Assembly: GCA_047973205.1 (NCBI GenBank)
Contig: JBKEBO010000058.1
Span: forward strand, 5,750-69,749
From: Alphaproteobacteria bacterium
GTDB lineage: Bacteria > Pseudomonadota > Alphaproteobacteria > JBKEAR01
DNA: 64,000 nt
Reading direction: 5' to 3'
The position numbers and the translations under genes were made by a program. Of this stretch, positions 1-11,619 are shown piece after piece. Positions within the stretch are counted from its first letter, which is position 1. The number at the start of each line of letters is the position of its first letter. The notes beneath the pieces were generated by a model. That model was not told the DNA's origin. It was given only the letters and a program-made list of their open reading frames with translations, and searched no databases.

Positions 1-1810
1 CTTGCTCATTTTGCCAATTGGGGGCTGCAACTGTACCACAAGCATGCTCATTGAGCATATCACCATATTGGCTTCCACCCATTTGTCCAAGGTTATCACC
101 AACTAAGTAAACAATATCACCCTCATTCATTTGCCATTCGCTTAAAGAAGGCTTGGCAAGAGGTTTTATACCTGTTGTTACAATCACAGGGCTAGGATAG
201 ATACGCCCATGAGGGCTTTCGTTGTAAAGGCTCACATTACCCGAAACCACAGGGCATTTAAGAGCCTCGCAAGCTTCGACCATGCCTGCAATATTTTGTG
301 AAAGCTCCCAAAATTGCTCAGGTTTTTCAGGGCTTGGATGATTAATGCCATCAGTAATGGCCATAGCATCAAAACCTGCAATAGCTAAAGCTCGGATGGT
401 TGAAGCAATGAGGTTAGCTGCACCATTTTTTGGGTGGATGTAGCATTTTAAGGGGTCAGCCTCCATCACAAAACCAACACTCACATCAGCCTCAGCTACA
501 CGAATTTCAGCCACTTGATTATCAGGGCCTTTAATTGTGTTGCATTGCACCATAGCATCATATTGTTCATAGAGGCTCTTATGGCTCTTAAGGCTTGGCT
601 TGGTTAAAAGTTCAAGCAAAGTTTTTTGCCAATCGGCAGGAGCAACAACATTTTGAGGAAGCTTTTGACGAAAGCTATAATCTTTAGGCTCTACGGAATC
701 CCATGGAATAATTGGGGCATTACCACCGATAATATCAGGAGCGACATCTGCAACAAGTTTGCCATCTTCGTAAAGCTCAAACTTATCATCATCAAAACAT
801 TCACCAATAACTGAGCAGTTAAGCTCCCACTTATGAGCAAGTTCTGTAATAGCATCAATATTTTTTGGCTCAACAATGAGCAAAAAGCGTTCTTGGCTTT
901 CCGAAAGGGCAATTTCCCAACCTGTCATATTGGCTTCTCGAGTATGAACATCTTTAAGTTCAATCTTCATGCCAATTTGTGAACCTGCAGCAACTTCAGA
1001 ACTTGAAGAAATAACACCTGCAGCTCCCATATCCTGAGCTGAGGCAATCAGCCCTTTGGCATTAATCTCTAAAAAGCATTCAATCAGTTGTTTTTCAGCA
1101 AAAGGATCGCCAATTTGCACCCTTGGACGAGCCGCTTCATTATCTTGGTCAAGTTCAACCGAAGCAAAAGCAGCCCCTGCAATGCCGTCACGGCCTGTAG
1201 CTGCTCCTAAAACCATAATCTTATGACCTGCTTTAGCAGTTTTAGAGCTGACAAGCTCATCAAGTTTGACCACACCCGCACAAAAGGCATTCACTAATGG
1301 ATTATAAGTATAGCTATGATGATGAATAGTTTTGCCACCAATATTTGGTACACCGACACAGTTGCCATAGCCACCAACGCCATGGATAACACCAGGTTTT
1401 ATCCGCTGGGTTTCGTTATGCTCAGGCTCACCAAAAAATAAGCCATCCATTACGGCAACAGGGCGAGCTCCCATGGCCAAAATATCACGGATAATACCAC
1501 CGACGCCTGTAGCTGCTCCTTGATAAGGTTCAACAGCTGAGGGATGATTATGGCTCTCTACTTTAAAGGCAAGCCCATAACCATTGCCAAGGTCAACCAC
1601 ACCTGCATTCTCGCCCTCGCCACCTAGGACATATTGACCATCTTTAGGAAATTGCTTAAGAAGCGGGCGAGTAGACTTATAAGAACAATGTTCTGACCAC
1701 ATCACACCTGCTAAATAAAGCTCAGTTTCTGAGGGTTCACGCTTTAAATGATCTTTAAGGGCATGATATTCATGTTCAAAAAGTCCGACATCTTTATAAG
1801 TAATTGTCAT
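1..1810 (-). CDS. purL: Phosphoribosylformylglycinamidine synthase subunit PurL (FGAM synthase II). The N-terminal ~600 aa lie in the window and the 3' end runs past the window start.
   Basis: The minus-strand ORF is open to position 1, with ATG (plus-strand CAT) at 1808-1810. The translation begins MTITYKDVGLFEHEYHALKDHLK and continues through AIR-synthase-like repeats typical of PurL. It lies directly downstream of purQ and purS. Confidence 0.9.
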   Translation of the reverse strand, partial: MTITYKDVGLFEHEYHALKDHLKREPSETELYLAGVMWSEHCSYKSTRPLLKQFPKDGQYVLGGEGENAGVVDLGNGYGLAFKVESHNHPSAVEPYQGAATGVGGIIRDILAMGARPVAVMDGLFFGEPEHNETQRIKPGVIHGVGGYGNCVGVPNIGGKTIHHHSYTYNPLVNAFCAGVVKLDELVSSKTAKAGHKIMVLGAATGRDGIAGAAFASVELDQDNEAARPRVQIGDPFAEKQLIECFLEINAKGLIASAQDMGAAGVISSSSEVAAGSQIGMKIELKDVHTREANMTGWEIALSESQERFLLIVEPKNIDAITELAHKWELNCSVIGECFDDDKFELYEDGKLVADVAPDIIGGNAPIIPWDSVEPKDYSFRQKLPQNVVAPADWQKTLLELLTKPSLKSHKSLYEQYDAMVQCNTIKGPDNQVAEIRVAEADVSVGFVMEADPLKCYIHPKNGAANLIASTIRALAIAGFDAMAITDGINHPSPEKPEQFWELSQNIAGMVEACEALKCPVVSGNVSLYNESPHGRIYPSPVIVTTGIKPLAKPSLSEWQMNEGDIVYLVGDNLGQMGGSQYGDMLNEHACGTVAAPNWQNEQ

Positions 1811-1813
1811 ATC

Positions 1814-2509
1814 TTAACCCTCCATAATGCTTTGAAATAAAGGCTTGCCTGAGCCTGCTAAAATACCCCAAGAGATTAGAGTATCCACATTGCGTTCAGG
1901 GTGAGGCATCATACCAACCACATTACCTGCTTTATTACATATACCTGCAATATTATTAATAGAACCATTAGGATTTGTTGCATCATTAATGTTTCCATCT
2001 GCATCGCAATAGCGGAGCATAACTTGGTTATTTTGTTCAATCTCTTCAATAATATGCTCATCAGCCCAAAAGCAACCATCATGATGGGCTATGGGGAAAT
2101 TAACAATACTATCTTTAGGATATTTTACTAGCCATTTTGAGCTATTATCCTGAACTTTAAGATAGCAAGGATGAGCAATGAAATCTTGTCCTTTATTTTG
2201 GAGTAAAGCTCCAGGGAGTAAGCCAGATTCGCATAAAATTTGAAAGCCATTACAAATACCTAGAACATAACCACCCTTGTGAGCATAATCTTTAAGGGCT
2301 TCAATAATAGGGGCTCGAGCACTGATAGCACCAGTACGAAGATAATCGCCCCAACTAAAGCCACCAGGAATGATTACAAGCTTAGCATCGGAAGGAATTT
2401 GGGTTTCTTGATGCCATAAAAGATGGGCATTATAGCCTAGAAACTGAGCAGCCTTTATTGCATCTTTATCGCAATTAGAGCCAGGGAAGGTGAGAACATA
2501 TATACTCAT
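1814..2509 (-). CDS. purQ: Phosphoribosylformylglycinamidine synthase, glutamine amidotransferase subunit PurQ
   Basis: The 231 aa product is a class I GATase with a GICNGFQIL catalytic-Cys motif. It sits at the conserved purS-purQ-purL position. Confidence 0.92.
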   Translation of the reverse strand: MSIYVLTFPGSNCDKDAIKAAQFLGYNAHLLWHQETQIPSDAKLVIIPGGFSWGDYLRTGAISARAPIIEALKDYAHKGGYVLGICNGFQILCESGLLPGALLQNKGQDFIAHPCYLKVQDNSSKWLVKYPKDSIVNFPIAHHDGCFWADEHIIEEIEQNNQVMLRYCDADGNINDATNPNGSINNIAGICNKAGNVVGMMPHPERNVDTLISWGILAGSGKPLFQSIMEG

Positions 2510-2514
2510 AGCAT

Positions 2515-2769
2515 TTAAGCCTCTTCAATAAAGAATTGATATTGCTCGATAACAGGATTAGCCAAAAGTTTATGGCAAATCTCTTCTGTTTTTTGTTCAG
2601 CAGCTTTAATATTTTCTTCATCTAATTGAAGTTTTATAATCTTGCCAATGCGAATAGAGCGGTCTATATGCTCATAACCTAAATGGCTTAATGACTTAGA
2701 AACAGCTTTTCCTGCGGTATCAAGTACCCCATCTTTGAGTTCAACATGAACCTTAACATCAAATAGCAT
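2515..2769 (-). CDS. purS: Phosphoribosylformylglycinamidine synthase subunit PurS
   Basis: The 84 aa protein lies between purC and purQ, with PurS size and position. Confidence 0.85.
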   Translation of the reverse strand: MLFDVKVHVELKDGVLDTAGKAVSKSLSHLGYEHIDRSIRIGKIIKLQLDEENIKAAEQKTEEICHKLLANPVIEQYQFFIEEA

Positions 2770-2830
2770 AATAAATTTTCCTATGATTAGTTAATAAAAT
2801 AGAGATAAAAAAAGCCGAAATGACCTATTA

Positions 2831-3541
2831 TCATTTCAGCTTTTCAATGCGAGCAAAAATCTCTTCATAACCCTTCATCACATCACCTAAATCGAAGCGG
2901 AAGCGGTCTTTATCAAGAGATTCCATCGTCTCTAAATCCCAAAAGCGACAAGTATCAGGAGAAATCTCATCGGCCAAAACAATTTGACCCTTAGGAGTAA
3001 CCCCAAATTCAATTTTAAAGTCGACTAAGTAAATACCCATTTTTTTACAAAGCTCAGTAAGATGCTCATCAACCTTAAGAGCTGTTTTCCGCATAAAAGC
3101 AATTTGCTCATCGGTTGCCCAATTAAAAGCTCTAACATGTTCATCGGCAATTACAGGGTCGCCATGCTCATCGCTTTTATAGCAAAACTCCACAAGTGGT
3201 GGATTAAGCTCCATTTTTTCAGCTACACCTAAACGGCGGCAAATAGATCCTGCAGTCAGATTGCGAACAATAACTTCTACAGGGAGAATCGTTACCTTAA
3301 GAGCCTTATGGTGATTATCATCAACAAGCTCAACAAAATGTGTAGGAATATCAAACTGAGATAAATACTGGAAAAGTGCAGCAGAAATTAAGTTGTTTAA
3401 ACGCCCTTTACCTTGGGCTGTACCTGTTTTTTCGGCATTAAAAGCGGTAAGGTCATCTTTATATTCTACAAGAACAATATTAGGGTCTTCGGTATTGTAA
3501 AGACGCTTCGCCTTACCTTCGTAAAGAAAGTCGGTTTTCAT
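2831..3541 (-). CDS. purC: Phosphoribosylaminoimidazole-succinocarboxamide (SAICAR) synthase PurC
   Basis: The 236 aa product begins MKTDFLYEGKAKRLY and has the SAICAR-synthetase fold signature. It is the first gene of the purC-S-Q-L operon. Confidence 0.92.
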   Translation of the reverse strand: MKTDFLYEGKAKRLYNTEDPNIVLVEYKDDLTAFNAEKTGTAQGKGRLNNLISAALFQYLSQFDIPTHFVELVDDNHHKALKVTILPVEVIVRNLTAGSICRRLGVAEKMELNPPLVEFCYKSDEHGDPVIADEHVRAFNWATDEQIAFMRKTALKVDEHLTELCKKMGIYLVDFKIEFGVTPKGQIVLADEISPDTCRFWDLETMESLDKDRFRFDLGDVMKGYEEIFARIEKLK

Positions 3542-3811
3542 AGCAACGCTCCTTTGTGTTTGCGTTTGTGTTTTTATGTTCTAATGACTAAAAAGGTCTA
3601 AGTTTCTTGGTTTTAGGAAAACTTTTGCTTCCAAAGAAATCTTAAACGAGTTTTACGATTTAGTCATCTGTCTTTTAAAATATAAAAAAAAAATATTTTA
3701 GCAAGCTTTTTTTATCCTAAAATCAAAGTTCATTTTTTAGGGTATTTTTACACCCACAATAAAGTTTGGAGAATTAGGCAAAACATTTGTATATATGGGC
3801 AAGTATATTAA

Positions 3812-4849
<1,038 letters not shown>

Positions 4850-4861
4850 AGGAGATAAAAT

Positions 4862-5902
4862 ATGTTACTAAAGAAATATGTAGCCATTTTTACCAGCATG
4901 TTTGCTTTTTCGCAAGGTGGTATTGCGGGTGCAAATGTGCAAACACAAAAATTAGATAGCCTTGAAGATAAAGAAAAAAGCATTGCCCTTATAGCCTCCT
5001 ATGGAGCAACAGGCTCTATTGAGCCTTTAAAAGATGCGATTAAGCAAGGCTTGGATAATGAGTTAAGCATTAATCAAATAAAGGAAGTTTTGGTACAGCT
5101 ATACGCCTATGCAGGTTTTCCCCGTAGTCTTAATGCTTTAGGGGTGCTTATGGAAGTATCAAAGCAAAATCCAGAAGCTAAAATGGGTAAAGAAGGCAAA
5201 GCCTTACCTGCAGATACTGATAAATGGGCTTATGGAAATAATGTGCAAATAGAGCTAACTGGGAGCGAAGTTAAGGGCGGACTTATGGATTTTTCTCCTG
5301 CTATTGATACTTTTTTAAAGGAGCATCTATTTGCAGATATCTTTGGCCGTGATGTTCTTTCGTATAAGGAGCGAGAAATTGCCACTCTAGCTATTTTAGC
5401 AAGTATTGATGGCCTGCAATCACAATTACAATCCCATGTTAATATCTCTAAGCATATTGGCATAGATGAAGCCAAGATTAATGATATTATTACTTTAGCC
5501 AAAGAGCAAAGCTTTGATAGCATATTTCCTAAAGGAGAGATTAATCCTTATGGTGAATTTTTTACAGGAATAACCTATCTAACCATGTTAAGTGATGATA
5601 GCGATATGTTTAATGAACCCATAGGTCATGTAACTTTTGAGCCTTTGGCAAGAACCCATTGGCATAAACATTCAGGCGGGCAAATATTACTAGTAACTGG
5701 TGGTGAGGGTCGTTATCAGCCCCGTGGAGGCAAGGTGCAGATTTTACATAAAGGTGATGTGGTGCGGATTGAGCCTAATATCGAGCATTGGCATGGAGCT
5801 GCTCCCAATAGCTGGTTTGCCCATATTGCAACGACTCCCAATGCAGCTTTGGGTAATCAGGTTACATGGCTTGAGGCAGTAAGTGACGAACAATATCATT
5901 AA
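4862..5902 (+). CDS. Secreted fusion of a carboxymuconolactone decarboxylase (CMD/AhpD-like) domain and a cupin domain
   Basis: The 346 aa product has an N-terminal signal peptide (hydrophobic core, AGA|NV). A CMD-like middle domain follows, and a C-terminal cupin with HWHKH...G..........H-type metal ligands. A strong AAGGAG RBS precedes the start. Confidence 0.6.
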   Translation: MLLKKYVAIFTSMFAFSQGGIAGANVQTQKLDSLEDKEKSIALIASYGATGSIEPLKDAIKQGLDNELSINQIKEVLVQLYAYAGFPRSLNALGVLMEVSKQNPEAKMGKEGKALPADTDKWAYGNNVQIELTGSEVKGGLMDFSPAIDTFLKEHLFADIFGRDVLSYKEREIATLAILASIDGLQSQLQSHVNISKHIGIDEAKINDIITLAKEQSFDSIFPKGEINPYGEFFTGITYLTMLSDDSDMFNEPIGHVTFEPLARTHWHKHSGGQILLVTGGEGRYQPRGGKVQILHKGDVVRIEPNIEHWHGAAPNSWFAHIATTPNAALGNQVTWLEAVSDEQYH

Positions 5903-5928
5903 GTAAGAGTATTTAAAGGAGAAATAAT

Positions 5929-6978
5929 ATGCAAGCACATGGATATGCAACATATGGCTCAACAGAAGAGCTAAAACCCTATACATTTGAACGACGTGAA
6001 CCCTTAGCCGATGATGTGGTGATTGATATTTTATATTGTGGTGTCTGTCATTCGGATATTCATAGTGTACGGGGTGATTGGGGTGAAGCAAATTATCCTT
6101 TTGTTCCAGGTCATGAGGTTGTTGGTCGTGTTAAACAAGTGGGTGATAAGGTCAATAAGTTCAAAATAGGTGATCTAGTTGGTGTCGGTTGCCTTGTTGA
6201 TAGCTGTGGTCATTGTACAAGTTGTGAAGATGATTTAGAACAATATTGTGAAAATGGCTTTACAGGAACTTATAATAGTCATGATAAAATTGGTGGAACG
6301 CCCCATAGCTATACTTTTGGAGGTTATTCAGATATTATCACCGTTAAGGAAGGCTTTGTTGTTCGCATCCCCGAAAATCTTGATGCAGCGGCTGCTGCTC
6401 CTTTGCTATGTGCAGGAATTACAACCTATTCTCCTTTACGCCATTGGAATATTCAAGAAGGGCAAAAGGTTGGTGTGATAGGCTTAGGTGGTTTAGGGCA
6501 TATGGGGATAAAGTTTGCCCATGCCATGGGTGCTAAGGTTACAATGATTACTACATCACCTAAAAAAGGGGCTGATGCTCAAAAACTTGGTGCTGATAAT
6601 GTGCTTATCTCAACCGATAGCGAAGCCATGGCAAAAGCAGCAAATAGCTTTGATTTCTTATTAAATACAATTCCTGTTGGTCATGATACAGACCCCTATA
6701 TGAACTTACTTAAGCGTGATGGTACAATGACAATTGTTGGAGCTGTGGAAGCACTTAAACATGTGAGTGGTATTCCTTTTATCTTTAAGCGTCGCCAGAT
6801 GGCGGGCTCACTTATAGGAGGGTTGGCTGAAACCCAAGAAATGCTTGATTTTTGCGGCGAGCATAACATTAGCTGTGATATTGAACTGATTGATATAAAA
6901 GATATTAATAAAGCTTATGACCGCACTGTAGCTGGTGATGTGAAATATCGTTTTGTTATTGATATGGCAACTTTATAG
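5929..6978 (+). CDS. Zn-dependent NAD(P)-alcohol dehydrogenase (YahK/cinnamyl-alcohol-DH-like MDR family)
   Basis: The 349 aa product has GVCHSD and GHEVVG zinc motifs, a CxxCxxC structural-Zn cluster and a GLGGLGH Rossmann motif. Confidence 0.85.
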   Translation: MQAHGYATYGSTEELKPYTFERREPLADDVVIDILYCGVCHSDIHSVRGDWGEANYPFVPGHEVVGRVKQVGDKVNKFKIGDLVGVGCLVDSCGHCTSCEDDLEQYCENGFTGTYNSHDKIGGTPHSYTFGGYSDIITVKEGFVVRIPENLDAAAAAPLLCAGITTYSPLRHWNIQEGQKVGVIGLGGLGHMGIKFAHAMGAKVTMITTSPKKGADAQKLGADNVLISTDSEAMAKAANSFDFLLNTIPVGHDTDPYMNLLKRDGTMTIVGAVEALKHVSGIPFIFKRRQMAGSLIGGLAETQEMLDFCGEHNISCDIELIDIKDINKAYDRTVAGDVKYRFVIDMATL

Positions 6979-7062
6979 TTGGTAAAGGAAAATGCCTTGC
7001 ATTTTCTATGCTTTATTTTGGAAGATTTGTGCTATAAATAACTTAAGAAAGGAGTAGCCCTT

Positions 7063-7953
7063 ATGGATGAGAATAAAGAGGCTGGAGACTTAAAGAAACT
7101 AGCAACACTTATCGAAAAATATACTCCCCATGATGGCTATTTTAATCTTCCTGTCAATGACTTATGGGTGATTAAAATTAGTAAAATAGCCGATAGCTCA
7201 TGCTCAGTCTCACAATGTGGAATGGCTATTGTTGTTCAGGGTGAAAAGCAAGTCTTTTTAGGACAAAAGCAGTTTACTTACGACCATAATAACATGGTGG
7301 TTTATGGGGCAAATCTTCCTGTAACAACAAAAATCACTAAGGCAAGTCAGAGTGAGCCTTACTTATGCTTAGTAATAGGTTTTGAGCTTAAAAAGCTTTC
7401 GGGGCTGATTGATAAGGCTTTCCCCCATGGTGTTCCGCAAACATCAAAAACACGCAGTATTTATATCGATAAAAGCAACCCTCAGGTTATAGCTTCAGCC
7501 ATTCGGCTTATGGAAGTTATGGCTCAAGAGGATGCAGATTTACTTGCTCCTTTGGTGGTGGATGAGATTCTTATTCGTCTGCTCAGAAGTTCCTTTGGGC
7601 CTGCTATTGCTCAGATTGGTTTAGCTGATTCTCATGTGCAAAGAGTGATGCGAGTCCTTACATGGCTGGAAGAAAATTTTGCTCAAGCGGTTAAAGTGGA
7701 TGACTTAGCAGAGATGGCAGCGATGAGTCTTTCATCTTTTCATAACCATTTTAAAAATGTAACCTCGATGAGTCCTTTGCAATATCAAAAGACAATGCGT
7801 CTTTATGCGGCTCGAAACTTAATGACGACACAAATGTATGATGTAAGCCAAGCAAGCTTAGAGGTTGGCTATGGAAGCCTTTCGCAATTTAGCCGAGAAT
7901 ATAGCCGAGAGTTTGGCATATCCCCAAGCAAGGATATAGCTCAATATCACTGA
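7063..7953 (+). CDS. AraC-family transcriptional regulator (AraC_N effector domain plus C-terminal HTH)
   Basis: The 296 aa product ends in an AraC-type HTH (SLSSFHNHFKNVTSMSPLQYQKTMRL). It follows the AKR/CMD/ADH trio. Confidence 0.8.
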   Translation: MDENKEAGDLKKLATLIEKYTPHDGYFNLPVNDLWVIKISKIADSSCSVSQCGMAIVVQGEKQVFLGQKQFTYDHNNMVVYGANLPVTTKITKASQSEPYLCLVIGFELKKLSGLIDKAFPHGVPQTSKTRSIYIDKSNPQVIASAIRLMEVMAQEDADLLAPLVVDEILIRLLRSSFGPAIAQIGLADSHVQRVMRVLTWLEENFAQAVKVDDLAEMAAMSLSSFHNHFKNVTSMSPLQYQKTMRLYAARNLMTTQMYDVSQASLEVGYGSLSQFSREYSREFGISPSKDIAQYH

Positions 7954-8171
7954 TAATAAATTATAAATTATAAATTTCTAAAATTTTCTAAATGATTTTA
8001 AAGGATAAAGAACCTTTAATAATTTAACCTATAAAAATAGCTGATGGTGTAGATATAACTAATGATACAATATGGCTTATTTGGGGAAAAAACATTTTAC
8101 ATTGTTTGGTTTTTTTATTACCATACTAGCACAAGGGAATGACCCAAATATTGAAACAGGGAGAAAAATTT

Positions 8172-9149
8172 ATGCTAAAAAAAATTCTAGTTACAGCGGC
8201 GATGTTTGCCGCAATTAATGCCTATGCCAAAGATATTACTATTAAATTTTCGCATGTGGTTGCGGAAAGCACCCCCAAAGGCCAAATGGCTCTGAAGTTT
8301 AAGGAGCTTGCAGAAAGTCGCTCAAATGGCTCACTTAAGGTTGAAGTCTTTCCAAACTCGCAATTATTCACTGATAACAAAGTGTTAGAGGCTATGTTAT
8401 TGGGTGATGTTCAGATTGCAGCTCCATCGCTTTCTAAATTTGACCGTTATACAAAAAAACTTCAAATCTTTGATTTACCGTTCTTATTTGAAGATATGGA
8501 AGCAGTTGATAAATTTCAAAATAGTCAAAAAGGCCAAGAGCTTTTAGACTCTCTACAAAAAAAAGGGCTCGTTGGTTTGGGCTATTTACATAATGGGCTT
8601 AAGCAAATGTCGATGAATGGTGGTGAAATCCGTGTACCTGCTGATTTAAAAGGCAAAAAAATGCGAATTCAGGCATCGGATGTTTTACAAGAACAGTTCA
8701 AAGCCGTTGGAGCTATTCCTCTTAAAAAGCCGTTCTCTGAGGTTTTCACTTTGCTACAAACTAAGGCAATTGATGGTACAGAAAATCCATGGTCTAATAC
8801 TTATTCGAAAAAATTCTATGAAGTTCAAGATAGCATTACCGAAACGGACCATGGCTTATTGGACTATATGATTGTAACTTCTAAAGAATTTATGGCAACA
8901 CTCGATGATGAACAAAAGAAAGTTTTTAATGAGGCCATGAAAGAAGCCATTGCTTATGGTAATAAGCTTTCGACAGAATTGGCAATGTCTGATCGTCAAA
9001 AAGTGATAGATTCTGGTAAGGTGAAAGTTCTACAAATCACACCAGAAGAGCGGGCTCAATGGGTTGAGGTTATGAAGCCTGTTTGGAAAAAATTTGAAGG
9101 CGATATCGGAGCAGACTTAATTGAAGCTGCTTATGAGAGTAACAATTAG
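8172..9149 (+). CDS. dctP: TRAP transporter substrate-binding protein (DctP family)
   Basis: The protein has DctP-family homology and a signal peptide beginning MLKKILVTAAMFAAINAYA. The ORF track starts at 8139, but the ATG at 8172 is preceded by a GGGAGA RBS. Confidence 0.85.
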   Translation: MLKKILVTAAMFAAINAYAKDITIKFSHVVAESTPKGQMALKFKELAESRSNGSLKVEVFPNSQLFTDNKVLEAMLLGDVQIAAPSLSKFDRYTKKLQIFDLPFLFEDMEAVDKFQNSQKGQELLDSLQKKGLVGLGYLHNGLKQMSMNGGEIRVPADLKGKKMRIQASDVLQEQFKAVGAIPLKKPFSEVFTLLQTKAIDGTENPWSNTYSKKFYEVQDSITETDHGLLDYMIVTSKEFMATLDDEQKKVFNEAMKEAIAYGNKLSTELAMSDRQKVIDSGKVKVLQITPEERAQWVEVMKPVWKKFEGDIGADLIEAAYESNN

Positions 9150-9230
9150 GAACATAAACTTTTAAAAGCCTCATCTCTTGGAGTATGGGGCTTTCTTCTT
9201 AAAAAAATAATAGTTAAAATAGAGGTGTTT

Positions 9231-9767
9231 ATGATGAAGCTATTTAACCAAATTGAGGAAGGCTTCCTCTCCTTTTTATTGCTTTGTATGGTTGTGATTA
9301 TTTTTGTTGAGGTTGTCTTACGATTTGTTTTTAATCAAGGGCTTGATTGGGCTCAGGAGGCAACCTTAATCATTAATGCATGGATGGTTCTTTTAGGCGC
9401 TTCTTATTGCGTAAGAGAACGGGCGCATATTAGCATTGACTTTTTTACACGGAAACTCAAAGGAAATACAGCAATAACAGTTGCTTGCTTGGCCTTAATC
9501 GCTTGTATGACTTATTGTGTTATCTTCTTTTTAGGGGCTTATCGTTATGTTAGCAAAATGAAGCTTATTGGTATTGACCTTCAAGATATTCCCATGCAAC
9601 GCTGGGTAGCAACATTATGCTTACTTTTTGGCTTTGGCCTTTTATTTTTACGATTTTTAGAGGTTTTTATTAAAGTAATTTATCATAAGGATACCAATAT
9701 CTTACGCCATGTTGGTGAGGCTGAAGAGTCTATGGAACTTGCCAAAAGCATAGAGGAGGCAAAATAA
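9231..9767 (+). CDS. dctQ: TRAP transporter small permease (DctQ family)
   Basis: The ~178 aa product has 4 TM segments. An AGAGGTG RBS precedes the start, and the stop overlaps the dctM start (ATGA). Confidence 0.8.
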   Translation: MMKLFNQIEEGFLSFLLLCMVVIIFVEVVLRFVFNQGLDWAQEATLIINAWMVLLGASYCVRERAHISIDFFTRKLKGNTAITVACLALIACMTYCVIFFLGAYRYVSKMKLIGIDLQDIPMQRWVATLCLLFGFGLLFLRFLEVFIKVIYHKDTNILRHVGEAEESMELAKSIEEAK

Positions 9768-11152
9768 TGACCGTTTTTGTTCTTTTCTTTTTACTCTTTT
9801 TATTTATGTTTTTAGAAGTTCCTGTTGCATTTGCTTTAGGACTTTCAAGCATTATTACAATCCTTTTATTTTCAGATGATTCTGTAGCTTCGGTTGCCTT
9901 AAAATTCTTTGAGGCCACAACCGAACATTATACCCTATTGGCCATTCCTTTCTTTATTTTATCATCATCCTTTTTATCGACGGGCGGGGTTGCTAGACGC
10001 ATCATTGATTTTGCTACAGCAATCATTGGCCATGTTCGTGGTGGTTTGGCTATGGCTTCCGTATTGGCATGTATGATTTTTGCGGCTATTTCAGGCTCTA
10101 GCCCCGCAACAGTTGCAGCTATTGGTACAATTGTTATCGGGGGCATGGTACGTGTTGGCTATACAAAAGCCTTTGCTACAGGGGTTATTGCTAATGCAGG
10201 AACGTTGGGCATTCTTATTCCGCCTTCGATTGTGATGCTGGTTTATTCGGCAGCAACAGAAGAATCACCTGCTGAGATGTTCATGGCGGGTGTTATTCCT
10301 GGAATTATGATGGGTGGACTTTTGATGCTCGCTATCTATATTGTTGCAATTATTAAGAAATTCCCAACCCAACCCTTTGCAGGGTTTAGTCGTGTTTGGA
10401 TAACATTTACCCATGCTTTTGCAGGGATTTTGCTTATTCTTTTAGTCTTAGGTTCTATTTATTTAGGTGTGGCTTCACCCACCGAAGCTGCGGCTCTTGC
10501 TGCGGTATACGGTTATTTTGTTGTAGTGTTTGGTTACCGAGATCTTGGTCCTCTTAAGGGTAAGCCATGGCGTAAGCAGGGCGAAAATTTAGGTGTTTCA
10601 GTTATACGCAATATTACGGATATAGCTTTGGCCTTTCCGAAAAGTTTCTTTAACAAAGAGGTAAGAGAAGTCTTTGTAAACTCTATGAGAGTTTCGGTTA
10701 TGCTGCTATTCATCATTGCCAATGCGATGATTTTTGCCCATGTTTTAACAACCGAGCAAATACCTCATAAAATTGCAGCGGCAATTATGTCTATTAACCT
10801 ATCTCCTTGGTTATTCTTGATTATTGTGAATGTGTTATTGCTGATTGCAGGGAACTTTATGGAGCCTTCCGCCATTATTTTAATCATGGCACCTATCTTA
10901 CTTCCCATTGCGGTTCAGCTAGGCATTGACCCAATTCATCTTGGGATTGTGATGGTTGTGAATATGGAAATTGGTATGTTAACACCACCTGTGGGGCTTA
11001 ATCTTTTTGTGGCTTCAGGTATTACAGGGGAATCTATGGGCTGGGTGATAAAGGCTTGTTTACCTTGGCTATTATTGCTTCTCTTCTTCCTTCTTCTGAT
11101 TACTTATATTCCGCAAATCTCCTTATGGCTACCCAATACAATGGGCTATTAA
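9767..11152 (+). CDS. dctM: TRAP transporter large permease (DctM family)
   Basis: The 461 aa product is polytopic, with DctM-family conservation. It is translationally coupled to dctQ. Confidence 0.9.
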   Translation: MTVFVLFFLLFLFMFLEVPVAFALGLSSIITILLFSDDSVASVALKFFEATTEHYTLLAIPFFILSSSFLSTGGVARRIIDFATAIIGHVRGGLAMASVLACMIFAAISGSSPATVAAIGTIVIGGMVRVGYTKAFATGVIANAGTLGILIPPSIVMLVYSAATEESPAEMFMAGVIPGIMMGGLLMLAIYIVAIIKKFPTQPFAGFSRVWITFTHAFAGILLILLVLGSIYLGVASPTEAAALAAVYGYFVVVFGYRDLGPLKGKPWRKQGENLGVSVIRNITDIALAFPKSFFNKEVREVFVNSMRVSVMLLFIIANAMIFAHVLTTEQIPHKIAAAIMSINLSPWLFLIIVNVLLLIAGNFMEPSAIILIMAPILLPIAVQLGIDPIHLGIVMVVNMEIGMLTPPVGLNLFVASGITGESMGWVIKACLPWLLLLLFFLLLITYIPQISLWLPNTMGY

Positions 11153-11277
11153 GATTTTATAATTGGTTTAAGCTTGCCAAAATATCGGCAAGCTTGGCTT
11201 GATATAATATCTTGAAATATCTTAGATTTTATAGTATTGACTATTGTTAATAATACAGTAAATGAAAGGCTATACGA

Positions 11278-11613
11278 ATGAGTGAACTCCCCCCATGTCC
11301 CAAATGTCAATCCACTTACGTTTATGAGGATGGTGAGCTACTCATATGCCCAGAATGTGCCCATGAGTGGGGTAAGAATGCATCGGGTAATGATAGCGAA
11401 AATATAGTTCGAGATGCCAATGGTGCAGAGCTGAAAGACGGCGATACCGTAAGTGTTATCAAGGACTTAAAAGTTAAAGGCTCATCTTCGGTTGTTAAAG
11501 TGGGTACTAAAGTCAAAAATATTCGCCTTGTTGATGGTGACCATGATATTGACTGTAAAATTCCAGGCATTGGAGCAATGGGACTAAAATCTGAATTTGT
11601 AAAAAAAGTATAG
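11278..11613 (+). CDS. phnA: PhnA/YjdC-family zinc-ribbon protein
   Basis: The 111 aa product has an N-terminal CPKC...CPEC zinc ribbon and a conserved C-terminal block ([10 protein letters not shown]...[20 protein letters not shown]) as in E. coli PhnA. It stands alone, without other phn genes. Confidence 0.85.
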   Translation: MSELPPCPKCQSTYVYEDGELLICPECAHEWGKNASGNDSENIVRDANGAELKDGDTVSVIKDLKVKGSSSVVKVGTKVKNIRLVDGDHDIDCKIPGIGAMGLKSEFVKKV

Positions 11614-11619
11614 AGTATA

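Noticed and set aside
5230-6091. Minus- and plus-strand ORFs (97, 60, 115 aa) lie inside the CMD-cupin and ADH genes.
   Set aside because: They sit opposite or out of frame to strongly supported CDSs and are typical shadow ORFs.
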